Source: a virus (Duplodnaviria; Caudoviricetes). From it: a stretch of DNA of 64,000 bases. The position numbers were made by a program, and so were the translations under genes. Positions 1 to 9,513 of the stretch are shown one piece after another (the stretch's first letter is position 1; every line of letters begins with the position of its first letter). Under the pieces are notes generated by a model. That model saw nothing but the letters and a program-made list of their open reading frames with translations. It made no database searches and was not told the origin of the DNA. The stretch lies in IMG/VR virus record IMGVR_UViG_3300028048_000042; one strand, given 5' to 3'.

Positions 1-44
1 AAGACTAACGTCCTAAAAAAAATAAAGATAAGGAGGATGGTAAA

Positions 45-473
45 ATGTGGATATTTGCGCTTCTTGCATTGGCACTTATTTTTGGAGATTATTCTGCTGA
101 CAAAATGTTTTTTATCTGTGTGGCAATTACAATTTTTACAATTATAGTAAAAATAGTGGATTTTGTATTTGAAAAATATTGGACTTGGCAGGAAAAGAAA
201 TTTCGAGAAAAACGTGAACGACAATTCGCCATTGAACAGGAAGAATTAAAACGCAGGCGAGAACTTGAAGAAAAGAAATATCGAGAAAAAATTCGAAAAA
301 GCGCAGAGAATATTTGTCATGATATTCAAACAGGCAAACGTCCCATGCCCAATATCAGTGGGATTGTTGGAGAGCGTTTAAGTTATGATAACGCAAAAAT
401 TAGAGAATTTTGTTGTCAAAACAATATTACTTTTGATGAATTGGTGGAAATGCACTTCAACGGATATTTGTAA
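45..473 (+). CDS. hypothetical membrane protein
   Basis: AGGAGG RBS; two N-terminal hydrophobic segments followed by a charged coiled coil. Confidence 0.7.
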   Translation: MWIFALLALALIFGDYSADKMFFICVAITIFTIIVKIVDFVFEKYWTWQEKKFREKRERQFAIEQEELKRRRELEEKKYREKIRKSAENICHDIQTGKRPMPNISGIVGERLSYDNAKIREFCCQNNITFDELVEMHFNGYL

Positions 474-474
474 A

Positions 475-505
475 AAAAGACACTCAATATGAGTGCCTTT
501 TTTTT
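475..505. terminator. bidirectional intrinsic terminator
   Basis: A-tract, agacactca/tgagtgcct stem, T-tract, between convergent genes. Confidence 0.7.
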
Positions 506-521
506 GTTTTCTTGTGTGGTG

Positions 522-875
522 TTAACCTTCCCAACGAGCAGCATAACCACGAGTGTCTACATGAACGAATTGGTCATCATAGTAACGACCAATACCATCA
601 GCACCGAGTTCTTCAGCGAGGTCAGCCAATTCATCAACTGTCCATCCATCAGGAACAAGTACGTCAGCAGCGCACCCTTGAACATGCTGAGAGTTAGGAA
701 CGCCACCTACTTCGGCATTATGTTCAGGGCAACGGTATACACAAGATACATTTACAGGTGCTCCTACACGTTCACGAATATCATCAAGGAGATTCTGCAA
801 ACGTACATCAATACCATCACCAAGGCTACCGCAACAACGGCAAGCCATTTCTTCTACACTAAAATATTTAGCCAT
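522..875 (-). CDS. peptidase M15A family Zn peptidase (cell-wall hydrolase / endolysin-like)
   Basis: YRCPEHNAEVGG..NSQH..G.AAD and FVHVDTRG motifs; GAGGTG RBS on the minus strand. Confidence 0.85.
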   Translation of the reverse strand: MAKYFSVEEMACRCCGSLGDGIDVRLQNLLDDIRERVGAPVNVSCVYRCPEHNAEVGGVPNSQHVQGCAADVLVPDGWTVDELADLAEELGADGIGRYYDDQFVHVDTRGYAARWEG

Positions 876-1027
876 AAAATCACCTCATATTAAAAAGAAG
901 CATAGTCTTAGGAAGTTACCACTTCACAAAAAACAATATTTCTTTTTACATTAAATATGAAGTTGTTTTGTACCTAGTTAAAAACTCATGGCTGAAAGTG
1001 AGGGACTTTATTAACGTTAAAAAATCA

Positions 1028-1056
1028 TTGACAAACAACTGCTTCTATGATAAGAT
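1028..1056 (+). promoter_or_regulatory. sigma-A-like early promoter
   Basis: TTGACA-17-TAAGAT with TG extension. Confidence 0.65.
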
Positions 1057-1087
1057 AAAGAAAAAATTAAAACTTGGAGGAATAAAA

Positions 1088-1465
1088 ATGTATATAAACA
1101 ATATCAGAGAATGGATTGATAGACGATTGAAAAATGATGAAATTACGAAAGTTCGTTTCTATATTTCTCCTAAAGATTGCATTGAATCCATTTACGAAAA
1201 TAAATTGATTGCAGAAATCGAGAAAATGTTCAAAGAAATTGGCATCAATACTAATTTTGTAGATACTATACCAGGTGCTTTCAATCTCAATCGTAATTAC
1301 CTCGAAACGGACAAATTTGATGCCATTGTTGAATATTGTGGTGTATATCCAATCAAAATGGACGCCAAAAACAGTGCTTGGTTGTCTGCACTAGATAATT
1401 GCGGTGAAATTCGCATAACGGTAGTCACTTATGATAAAGATGATAATGAACATATGAATTTGTAA
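1088..1465 (+). CDS. hypothetical protein
   Basis: start moved to the ATG after the GGAGG RBS. Confidence 0.7.
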   Translation: MYINNIREWIDRRLKNDEITKVRFYISPKDCIESIYENKLIAEIEKMFKEIGINTNFVDTIPGAFNLNRNYLETDKFDAIVEYCGVYPIKMDAKNSAWLSALDNCGEIRITVVTYDKDDNEHMNL

Positions 1466-1478
1466 TGGAGGACTTGTT

Positions 1479-2000
1479 TTGTTTAAAAAGCTTTTTGTCA
1501 TATTGATGGTTATTACTTCCTTTTTTATGGTTGGATGTGTCAATTCTTCCGAAACGGTAGAAATTAAAGTAACAGGTATTTCTTGGGAATATATTATTCA
1601 TGTTCAGAAGTTAATTACCGTAGAAGAAGAAGATTCGGTTATTCCTAAAGACGGACGATATAAATATAGTACAACAGCAATTCAATATTATGTAGGAAAT
1701 ACGCCTATATACGAAACAAAATATGTATATGATATTGAACGTTGGGAAAAATATGGCACAATTACAACAGAAGGATATGGTCATAATCCGTATTGGGAAG
1801 AATTTTCTTTAGAAAAAGGTGAACCGCCCTATAATGTAGGGGCAACAGATGTAGCAAAAACAGAAGAAATTTACAAGGTCACAGGTATTGTAAATGGAAA
1901 AGAACAAACATTTACTGTAAATAAATCTTTGTGGGAACAACTCAATGAAGGAGATACTGTGGTTGGCATTGTCGAAAACAATCATTTGTATGTAGAATAA
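1479..2000 (+). CDS. putative lipoprotein
   Basis: signal peptide with lipobox-like MVGC; GGAGG RBS. Confidence 0.65.
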   Translation: MFKKLFVILMVITSFFMVGCVNSSETVEIKVTGISWEYIIHVQKLITVEEEDSVIPKDGRYKYSTTAIQYYVGNTPIYETKYVYDIERWEKYGTITTEGYGHNPYWEEFSLEKGEPPYNVGATDVAKTEEIYKVTGIVNGKEQTFTVNKSLWEQLNEGDTVVGIVENNHLYVE

Positions 2001-2017
2001 TGATAGGAGTGATAGTC

Positions 2018-2191
2018 ATGAATAAGAATCTTGATGGCGTATTTTTCCGCATTAAACGTGATGGAGAATGGCAGAATGTTTGTTTTTGCGATTTGACCAT
2101 AACTGAAATGTATACCGTAATGAAAAGTAGAAGTTGGCATTGGTATAAGGAACTTTTCAAAATTCTTTTGCAGAACAATTTGCGATATTAG
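2018..2191 (+). CDS. small hypothetical protein
   Basis: AGGAG RBS before ATG 2018. Confidence 0.55.
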   Translation: MNKNLDGVFFRIKRDGEWQNVCFCDLTITEMYTVMKSRSWHWYKELFKILLQNNLRY

Positions 2192-2223
2192 TAATTATTT
2201 TAATTTGAAAGGAATTTGATTTA

Positions 2224-2484
2224 ATGAAGTTTAAATCACATGGAAACACTTTTTTTTCAAATTGGTATGCATTTGAAATCACTGACAATAATCAAAAAAT
2301 AGATAATGTAGTTTTCAAAATGTCTCCCTATACAAATGAAAGGCAAATTTGCATTTATGATGAATACGCTAAATGTAAATATCTTTTTCTGATTAAAGAC
2401 GATACAATTCTTGCGTATGAATCCAATGATATATTAAATATTAAAGAAATGAAACAATTGTTGTCACGATTTTTTGGAGTATGA
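2224..2484 (+). CDS. RxxG-phi C-terminal motif family protein
   Basis: ends LLSRFFGV*. Confidence 0.8.
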   Translation: MKFKSHGNTFFSNWYAFEITDNNQKIDNVVFKMSPYTNERQICIYDEYAKCKYLFLIKDDTILAYESNDILNIKEMKQLLSRFFGV

Positions 2485-2487
2485 AAG

Positions 2488-2733
2488 ATGAATATACATT
2501 TTGTTTTACAAAAAACTGTTATGGAAGGTGTTGATTACCAAGAACCAAAAAAAAGAGTAGGTTGTATAGGATATATTTTTACAACAAGTAATATATCTAA
2601 AAAATTTGTTTTTCGTAGCTATACTGATGGCACACAAACGATGCATAAATTAGGTGGAATTTTATACAAACCAATAGACTTTATGAAAGTTGAATACCTA
2701 AGAAAATTAATGCAAAGATTTGATGGAGTTTGA
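2488..2733 (+). CDS. RxxG-phi C-terminal motif family protein
   Basis: ends LMQRFDGV*. Confidence 0.8.
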   Translation: MNIHFVLQKTVMEGVDYQEPKKRVGCIGYIFTTSNISKKFVFRSYTDGTQTMHKLGGILYKPIDFMKVEYLRKLMQRFDGV

Positions 2734-2751
2734 TTATAAAGGAGTAATGAA

Positions 2752-2916
2752 ATGAATAATAAAAACGTGAGTGGAAAAAGAGACACAAAATTGTGCAAAA
2801 GCATAAAAGAACATAACAAAACTTGTGACAGTTGTCCTGCTTTAGTAAGAAAATCAGAAGGAAAATGTTGTGTTTTTGACTATACTCTAATTAAAGCTGA
2901 TAAAGATTTGAGATAA
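2752..2916 (+). CDS. small Cys-rich hypothetical protein (54 aa, not in the ORF track)
   Basis: AAGGAG RBS; MNNKNVSG...CDSC...CC...DLR*. Confidence 0.55.
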   Translation: MNNKNVSGKRDTKLCKSIKEHNKTCDSCPALVRKSEGKCCVFDYTLIKADKDLR

Positions 2917-2949
2917 AATTATGTTGGCATATAATCCAAATGAAAAAGG

Positions 2950-3195
2950 ATGGCAAAAGTGAAATTAGAAGAAGCGATTAAGCGTTGCGAAGAATTAGCT
3001 GACAGTAAATATAATACATATAGTAGAGAATGTAGACAATTGGCAGAATGGCTAAAAAAGTTAAAACAATATATTTTAGAATGTAAAAAAGGAAGTGGAA
3101 TAAAATGTTGGATTTTGTTTGCGGTATTTTTGTTGGCATTTTCTTTGGACTTATTCTGCTTAATGATGAAATTAACATTGGATGAAAGAAAATGA
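2950..3195 (+). CDS. hypothetical protein
   Basis: in operon; LEEAIKRCEE...CRQLAEWLKKLK. Confidence 0.55.
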   Translation: MAKVKLEEAIKRCEELADSKYNTYSRECRQLAEWLKKLKQYILECKKGSGIKCWILFAVFLLAFSLDLFCLMMKLTLDERK

Positions 3196-3201
3196 GGATT
3201 A

Positions 3202-3501
3202 ATGAATATGAAAGATGAATTGATTGTCAAGAATGCAATTACTAATGCAATAGCCAAAACACACAAAGAACTTTCAAATTTAAGATTGGGAATTTTGGCA
3301 TTTATTGATGAATATAACAATTTTGGATTTTCAATTTATGGCGGTTTGAATAGTGGATTAGGCAAAAAAGAAATTTACAACAGAGAAATTCTTGCTTTTG
3401 AAGAATATATGAAGTCGTGCAATATCAATATTGTTTTGGTTTTGCGTGAAGATGATTTAGATGATGATACATTTTACCTTGAATACAAAGTAGTAGAATG
3501 A
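3202..3501 (+). CDS. hypothetical protein
   Basis: GAGG RBS, in operon. Confidence 0.65.
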   Translation: MNMKDELIVKNAITNAIAKTHKELSNLRLGILAFIDEYNNFGFSIYGGLNSGLGKKEIYNREILAFEEYMKSCNINIVLVLREDDLDDDTFYLEYKVVE

Positions 3502-3529
3502 GAAAATAGTAAAGGAAGGATGAATAAAT

Positions 3530-4315
3530 ATGTTTAAAGATTCTTTAGGCGATAGAATGAAAGGTTATTATGAAAATGCTTATCGCAATTATTTAACAAG
3601 ACGAACTCCTGTAATTATCCGTATTGACGGTAAAGCTTTTCACACTTTTACAAGAGGTCTTGAAAAACCATATGATATGATTTTTAAGAAAGCTATGTGG
3701 AAAACAACGGTTTATTTGTGTGAAAATATTCAAAATGCAAGAATTGGCTATGTGCAATCTGATGAAATTTCCATTCTTTTGATTGACTATAATAAATTTA
3801 CAACCTCTGCATGGTTTGATAATAATATTCAGAAAATGTGTTCTGTGTCAGCAAGTATGGCAACGATGGCTTTCAATAAATATTTTATGGAAGAACTCTA
3901 TGAATATTTAGAAACAAATGATATGTCTGATGAAAAGTTTGCTATTTATGAAAGCAAACTTAATGGTGCTATGTTTGATTCGCGAGTTTTCAATCTCCCT
4001 GAGTCGGAGGTTTGTAATTATTTCATTTGGCGACAAAATGATGCTACACGTAATTCTATTGAACTTTTGGGTAGAGAATACTTTTCTGCAAAAGAATTGC
4101 ATAAGGTTAATTGCAATCAAATTCAAGACAAACTCATGACAGAGAAAAATGTTAATTGGAATGATTGTCCAACATTTTTTAAGCGTGGTGCGTGTGCATA
4201 TAAGAAAGTCAATGAAGAAGAAAATTGTTCGGCAGTAAGTATTGATTTGGAAATTCCAATTTTTACACAAGATAGAAATTTCATTGAGAAACATTTGGAA
4301 ATTGTAGACAAATAA
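3530..4315 (+). CDS. thg1: tRNA(His) guanylyltransferase Thg1-like protein (3'-5' polymerase)
   Basis: RIDGKAFHTFT, YVQSDEIS, FDSR, YFIWRQNDA.RNS motifs. Confidence 0.92.
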   Translation: MFKDSLGDRMKGYYENAYRNYLTRRTPVIIRIDGKAFHTFTRGLEKPYDMIFKKAMWKTTVYLCENIQNARIGYVQSDEISILLIDYNKFTTSAWFDNNIQKMCSVSASMATMAFNKYFMEELYEYLETNDMSDEKFAIYESKLNGAMFDSRVFNLPESEVCNYFIWRQNDATRNSIELLGREYFSAKELHKVNCNQIQDKLMTEKNVNWNDCPTFFKRGACAYKKVNEEENCSAVSIDLEIPIFTQDRNFIEKHLEIVDK

Positions 4316-4438
4316 AGGGAGATACAACGTATGTTCTTGCTTGATGCATGGATTTGTTTTATTGGATTGGCAGGGTTTACTTTTGCGCTATGGTTCATTA
4401 TCAATAGCGAAGAAAAAACATTATAACAAAAAAAACAA

Positions 4439-4470
4439 AAAAGAGTAAGGTATATTTCCTTACTCTTTTT
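4439..4470 (+). terminator. intrinsic terminator
   Basis: aagagtaagg/ccttactctt stem plus T-tract. Confidence 0.75.
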
Positions 4471-4471
4471 G

Positions 4472-4500
4472 TTGACAAAAAACATTTCTTGTGATATTCT
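4472..4500 (+). promoter_or_regulatory. sigma-A-like promoter
   Basis: TTGACA-17-TATTCT with TG. Confidence 0.6.
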
Positions 4501-4536
4501 AAAAATAGATTTTTAATAAAAGGAGAGAAAATTTCA

Positions 4537-5265
4537 ATGAAAAAAATCCTAATAATGTTTACACTTATCTTTACCACAATATTATCATCTGCTAGTGCTC
4601 ACAATTATTGTTTTATTGGAGATAGCCGTTTTGTGGGTATGAAGCAATCTGTAGAATATAACAACAATGTGAAATGGATTGCTAAAGTTTCTATGGGTAA
4701 TGCGTGGGTTTGGCAACACATGAATACGATTCAATCTTTAGATAAAGACACCATCATTATTTACGAAATGGGCGTGAATGATTTAGATTCAGCAGAATGT
4801 ATTTCTGTATTAAATCATCTAAAGGAATTAGGATTTACTCATATTTATTTTTCAACGATTACACCTGTAAACGAAGAAAAATGCTATTCCTATGGATATA
4901 GCAGAACGAATAGTCAAATTCAAACATACAATCGTAATGTATTAAACAATCTGCCTAATGGTGTAAAATTAATTAGTAGTTATGATACATTCATCAACAA
5001 TGGGTTTAATACATTAGATGGAATTCATTACACAAATGATACATATCAAATGTGGTATCAATACATTATGAAACAGGTAGAAAAAGATTTTGAACAAGTC
5101 CAATCAACGCCTGTGGTTTCAAAAGAAACAATTCAAAAAGATATTCAACCACAAGAAGATGTTCAATCAGCAGAAAACCCTAAAGATGAACCACTAGAAC
5201 AAAAATCACTTACAATTTTTGATAGAATTATTATTTTCCTTAAACAAATCTTTCGGAGAGATTAA
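4537..5265 (+). CDS. secreted SGNH/GDSL hydrolase
   Basis: signal peptide; FIGDSR, GVND and DGIH catalytic blocks. Confidence 0.85.
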   Translation: MKKILIMFTLIFTTILSSASAHNYCFIGDSRFVGMKQSVEYNNNVKWIAKVSMGNAWVWQHMNTIQSLDKDTIIIYEMGVNDLDSAECISVLNHLKELGFTHIYFSTITPVNEEKCYSYGYSRTNSQIQTYNRNVLNNLPNGVKLISSYDTFINNGFNTLDGIHYTNDTYQMWYQYIMKQVEKDFEQVQSTPVVSKETIQKDIQPQEDVQSAENPKDEPLEQKSLTIFDRIIIFLKQIFRRD

Positions 5266-5560
5266 TCAATGAGCATATTTGATGATATAATTAATTTTCC
5301 TTTAAATTTTGTTTCATTTTGGACAAATTGGAGTTGCTTGGACAATAAAAGAAAGTCTAACAACCAATTAGAAATTACGCTTATCAACCCTAAAAATATG
5401 TCCTATAATATAAATACAATTGATTTAAGGAGAGATAAATAAATGCGCAATAACTTTATTGGTACATGATACAATTCAATCCATTATTATCAGTGACGAT
5501 TATGAAACTGCAATAAAAAAGGCATTTTCCAATAACTAATCATGTGGGGAGGGATAATTA

Positions 5561-6079
5561 ATGTCACTTTTTAAGAATCTTTTCAATGATAAAAAACTTG
5601 TAAGTGAAGATAGACAAGAACGACCTGCCGAAAAAAATAATGCCAACTCAGAAATCAATAAAGAATACAATATAACTTATAAACCATGCGAACAATCCAC
5701 AGATTTTAATTCGCACAATGATAAAGACTATGAATATAATAACGAGGGCGAGGAGGGAGAAGAAATGAACAATTATGAAGATGAAGAATATAAAGAAGTG
5801 GTAATTCCACCAATCATTAACCTTCGAGAAGCAATTGTATGTACTTGTGATGAAGGAGAAACAAAAGTAGCTATCAGAAAAGATAGAATTTTTTATTTGG
5901 AGGAAGAAGAAGATACAGATGATTACAATAAAAAGCATACTGAAATTTATTTTGACGATTCAACAGGCGAAGAATGTAGCGTAACAGTAGACCAATCTTT
6001 TGATGAAGTACGTAAAGCGGTATGGGGATATGAAAATCATAATGAATTAATGTTAGATAATGAAGCTAAAAATAAATAA
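5561..6079 (+). CDS. acidic hypothetical protein
   Basis: GGGGAGG RBS. Confidence 0.7.
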   Translation: MSLFKNLFNDKKLVSEDRQERPAEKNNANSEINKEYNITYKPCEQSTDFNSHNDKDYEYNNEGEEGEEMNNYEDEEYKEVVIPPIINLREAIVCTCDEGETKVAIRKDRIFYLEEEEDTDDYNKKHTEIYFDDSTGEECSVTVDQSFDEVRKAVWGYENHNELMLDNEAKNK

Positions 6080-6091
6080 GGGAGGATTATA

Positions 6092-6976
6092 ATGGACAAT
6101 TCACACTATTGGAGAAGAAAAGAAGAAATGAAAAAGAAAGCATTAGAACATACAAAAGAAATGTCTAATACTTATTCAGAAGAAATTCTAAACTCCATTA
6201 ATAACACTACACTCTATTTTATGAATGGAAACAATGTAAAGAAAAGTCATCATGAAGGAGATAGTATTATCACCGAAACTGTATATCCTTTGGTTAAGAA
6301 TGCTATGGTAAGACCAATTCCTAAACATCATGTATTACAGTCTACTTCTACACAAGCAATCTTTGATGAATTAAGTAGTAGTGGCAAAGTTTGTGTATTG
6401 AACTTTGCTAGTTATAAGAATGCAGGAGGTGAATTCCTTAAAGGCAGTACAGCACAAGAAGAATGTTTATGCCATGATTCATTCCTGTATAATGTATTAA
6501 AAGAATATCCTAAGTATTATGAATGGAATAAACAACATTTAAATAAGGGAATGTATCTCCATAGAGCATTATATACAAAAGATGTAATTTTTGAATGTGA
6601 AGGTAAAAAAGCGTTGGTAGATGTAATTACTTGTGCTAGTCCAAACTATTCCGTAGCATTAAAATATGGCGGTTTTACGGCAAAAGAAAATCTAACCTGC
6701 CTAAAGCAGAGGGCGAAATTTATTCATGCCATAATTGAGGACAATCCACAGATTGATGTAGTCATTTTAGGAGCTTGGGGATGTGGCGTATTCAAACAAC
6801 AGCCCAAACAAATGGCAGAGATTTGGAAAAGATTGCCTTTTGACTCTAATCTGACCATTATCCACGCTATCCCTGACAGACGAACTTTTAACGATTTTGA
6901 AAATGTGCTTCATAAGCATAAGCAAATGGGAAATAGTTTTTACTCAAATTCGTTTTACTTAAATCAAATTGAGTAA
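6092..6976 (+). CDS. TIGR02452/DUF2263 macrodomain protein (bacterial PARG-like ADP-ribosyl hydrolase)
   Basis: VLNFASYKNAGGEFLKGSTAQEECLC and ILGAWGCGVF motifs. Confidence 0.88.
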   Translation: MDNSHYWRRKEEMKKKALEHTKEMSNTYSEEILNSINNTTLYFMNGNNVKKSHHEGDSIITETVYPLVKNAMVRPIPKHHVLQSTSTQAIFDELSSSGKVCVLNFASYKNAGGEFLKGSTAQEECLCHDSFLYNVLKEYPKYYEWNKQHLNKGMYLHRALYTKDVIFECEGKKALVDVITCASPNYSVALKYGGFTAKENLTCLKQRAKFIHAIIEDNPQIDVVILGAWGCGVFKQQPKQMAEIWKRLPFDSNLTIIHAIPDRRTFNDFENVLHKHKQMGNSFYSNSFYLNQIE

Positions 6977-6997
6977 AAATATATAGGTGGAATCCAC

Positions 6998-7075
6998 AAA
7001 TTCATAGTAATGAATTCTATAAATTCATAGTAATGAATTTTATAAATTTGTAATAATGAATTCTATAAATTTGTG
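6998..7075. repeat. 23-bp tandem repeat, about 3.5 copies, each unit internally palindromic
   Basis: aaattcatagtaatgaattctat at 6998 and 7021, degenerate at 7044 and 7067. Confidence 0.85.
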
Positions 7076-7099
7076 TTAATAGATTCTTTGATTTTATGG

Positions 7100-7143
7100 T
7101 AACAAAAAGAGACAGGTGTTTTATACCTATCTCTTTTTGTTAT
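7100..7143. terminator. bidirectional intrinsic terminator
   Basis: taacaaaaagagacaggt / acctatctctttttgtta; the G-U pair favours the minus strand. Confidence 0.75.
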
Positions 7144-7460
7144 TATATACGTGGCAAGTTAGCTATCGTCAGATAGTCATATAACCGCCCATACGGATAA
7201 TCTACGTATAAAAAGTAATTGCACTATACAGTCTAAAATAGTACATATTCGTTGACTGTTTCCATAGGCAACTATTAGTTCGCCATTCGGTACAAATTGT
7301 ACAGAAAAAAGAGCGTTTACCTACGCTCACAGGCATCTGAAAAAGCACCTTATTCGCACCGTAGGGTGCTCATGTGCGGAAAAATTTCGGATTGAGTTTT
7401 CGGAGTTCATTCATTCTATAAAAAGAATAAGAAGTCCTCTGCCCTATATTTTGTCGTTGA
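7144..7460 (-). ncRNA. candidate structured non-coding RNA with two pseudoknot-like elements
   Basis: GC-enriched intergenic stretch with several stems and two sets of crossing helices (7344-7378, 7220-7259). Confidence 0.45.
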
Positions 7461-7500
7461 GAGAGTAGAAGATTAGCAAAAATATAGATTAAAAAGAATA

Positions 7501-7530
7501 TTGACAAAATGTGAATGATAATGATATAAT
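7501..7530 (+). promoter_or_regulatory. sigma-A-like early promoter heading the array
   Basis: TTGACA-18-TATAAT with TG. Confidence 0.7.
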
Positions 7531-7554
7531 TGTATAGAAAGGAGTTGTAGATAT

Positions 7555-7836
7555 ATGATAAAATTCTGCAATGAAATGCAATATGACAATTCATTCCTTG
7601 AAGATAAGTCGTGTTTTTTCGCATTTTTTTATTCTGAAGGCGAAAGATATTTTTGCAGATTACCATCAGGCATAGATGTAAACAGCATTGACTACTTAAA
7701 ACTATACCGTGTTTGGCATCCTTCAAAATCTGTTGGACAAAATAATATAGGATGGAACTTTGAAGAATTGAAAGAAAACAAAACACCACAACAAAAAATG
7801 TATAGAAAATTGTATAGTAGGATTTTGGGATTATGA
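7555..7836 (+). CDS. RxxG-phi family protein
   Basis: ends LYSRILGL*. Confidence 0.8.
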   Translation: MIKFCNEMQYDNSFLEDKSCFFAFFYSEGERYFCRLPSGIDVNSIDYLKLYRVWHPSKSVGQNNIGWNFEELKENKTPQQKMYRKLYSRILGL

Positions 7837-8294
7837 ATGACAGTAAAGAATATCTGCAAAACAAAATGTTTGAGAAAATAACAGCAATTTCCATTATTGA
7901 GAAATTCTATTTTTTTAGGTTTGGTCATGTAGAAGCACATTGGTTATTTGGTGACAAAAAGAAACTTAACAACCTTCTTTTTAAAAAAAATATAAAAATT
8001 TCTTATTTTGAAGAGAGAGGAAATGTAGTTACCTTCCACGGCAAAGAGGAGTATTGTATCTATTATGAAGTAATTCACAAAAAAGAACATATTTTCCGAG
8101 CTGTATTTGTTTGCGGAGAAAATAAACTTTTTCTTACTGATGATAATAGAAGCGGTTATGTATTTTGCCCAAATGATAATGAACATCAAGATACTTATAA
8201 ATTTTTGGCATCAAAAGCAGAATTGATTTCTTGTTCTGTTGATGACCTAATTAAAATTTTACGTTCGGTAATGTTTCGTACAATAGGCACTTAG
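7833..8294 (+). CDS. RxxG-phi family protein
   Basis: ends VMFRTIGT*. Confidence 0.75.
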   Translation: MNDSKEYLQNKMFEKITAISIIEKFYFFRFGHVEAHWLFGDKKKLNNLLFKKNIKISYFEERGNVVTFHGKEEYCIYYEVIHKKEHIFRAVFVCGENKLFLTDDNRSGYVFCPNDNEHQDTYKFLASKAELISCSVDDLIKILRSVMFRTIGT

Positions 8295-8306
8295 GAGAGA
8301 TTTTGC

Positions 8307-8720
8307 ATGAAAACATTTGGTAGATTTGATAAAGATTATGGGGAATACGAAATTCATATAAAGTGTATATTTCGAGATGATTCTATACCTGCAACATTTG
8401 GGACTTTAACTTTGAGAGAGTTTTTTGCCCCACCATCGACTCTAAATTACATTTCTGTGGCAATCGTAGCAAAAAAATCTCTAAGCGACAAAATGAATTA
8501 CTTTGAACGCACAACACAAAAGCAAAGAAATTCAAATTTATGTTATTATACAGATAGTGAATTTGGTATTTTTAGCATAACAAATGCGTTAAAAACAATA
8601 CTAATGGCAGGGTACAATTTAAGTTATTATCCGCAAATACGCAAAAATTTAAAACAAGGATTAGAACTCGTTTTAAAAGATTTAAAAGAAAATTATGTAC
8701 CTAGAAAGATTGGAGTATAA
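8307..8720 (+). CDS. RxxG-phi family protein
   Basis: ends YVPRKIGV*. Confidence 0.75.
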   Translation: MKTFGRFDKDYGEYEIHIKCIFRDDSIPATFGTLTLREFFAPPSTLNYISVAIVAKKSLSDKMNYFERTTQKQRNSNLCYYTDSEFGIFSITNALKTILMAGYNLSYYPQIRKNLKQGLELVLKDLKENYVPRKIGV

Positions 8721-8723
8721 AAA

Positions 8724-9512
8724 ATGATTTTTTTTATTTCTGACACACATTTTTATCATGATAATATAATTAAATATTGTAATCGTCCTTTTCGCAATGT
8801 AGAAGAAATGAACGAAACCATAATTGAAAATTGGAATTCGGTAGTAAAACCTACTGATGTAGTGTATCATTTGGGCGATTTTACAACTGCTGATTATATC
8901 CCTAATATTAAATTTAAAGACAGATACATTGTAACAGCTAGGAATCTGTTGTCAAGGTTAAATGGAAAAAAAATTTTAATTCGTGGTAATCATGATTTAA
9001 GCAAAACAGTTTGTTTGGAATGTGGATGGGATAGGGTTGAAACTGAAGTCAATGAGAGAGGTATGGTATTAAGTCACAAACCTAAGGAATATATAAACCT
9101 TGTAAATGTTCATGGTCATATTCATAATCAAAAACCATTTTGTTATTTAGATGAAAATGGTAAGGTTCGGTTTAATGTTAGCGTTGATGTAACATCTTTC
9201 AAACCTGTATCAATTGAACAAATTGAGAATGCGTATATTAACAAAATTTCTGAAGTATACCAAAACGAAAAAATCGTTAGTAGTGAAATTCATTATGGTA
9301 AATTTTTCCAATTTATCCATGATAAAAAATTTGATATTCTTGTAGTATTGAAATTTACCAATAATTACAGTTTAGAAATTTACAAAACACGAAGTCAATA
9401 TGTAATAAAATGTAATGGCATAGAAATGCATATAATAAGAGTAGATTTAAATGATTTAAAAAAGTTCCCTCAGTTTTTGAAGGATTTAATGATAAGATAT
9501 GGAGTGATTTAA
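8724..9512 (+). CDS. calcineurin-like metallophosphoesterase with a C-terminal extension
   Basis: SDTHF, HLGDF, RGNHD, HGHIH motifs; about 90 extra aa ending LMIRYGVI*. Confidence 0.88.
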   Translation: MIFFISDTHFYHDNIIKYCNRPFRNVEEMNETIIENWNSVVKPTDVVYHLGDFTTADYIPNIKFKDRYIVTARNLLSRLNGKKILIRGNHDLSKTVCLECGWDRVETEVNERGMVLSHKPKEYINLVNVHGHIHNQKPFCYLDENGKVRFNVSVDVTSFKPVSIEQIENAYINKISEVYQNEKIVSSEIHYGKFFQFIHDKKFDILVVLKFTNNYSLEIYKTRSQYVIKCNGIEMHIIRVDLNDLKKFPQFLKDLMIRYGVI

Positions 9513-9513
9513 T

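Noticed and set aside
489-893. Plus-strand ORFs 489..893 and 512..697, and the many short antisense ORFs in the track
   Set aside because: They shadow well-supported genes on the opposite strand or in another frame and lack an RBS
6998-7075. CRISPR array (also considered for 45022-45081)
   Set aside because: Repeats are head-to-tail with no spacers, and there are no cas genes
7144-7460. Canonical tmRNA or tRNA
   Set aside because: No GGGG 5' acceptor, T-arm (GTTCGA) or CCA end; the only candidate tag frame (ACERR*) is implausibly short
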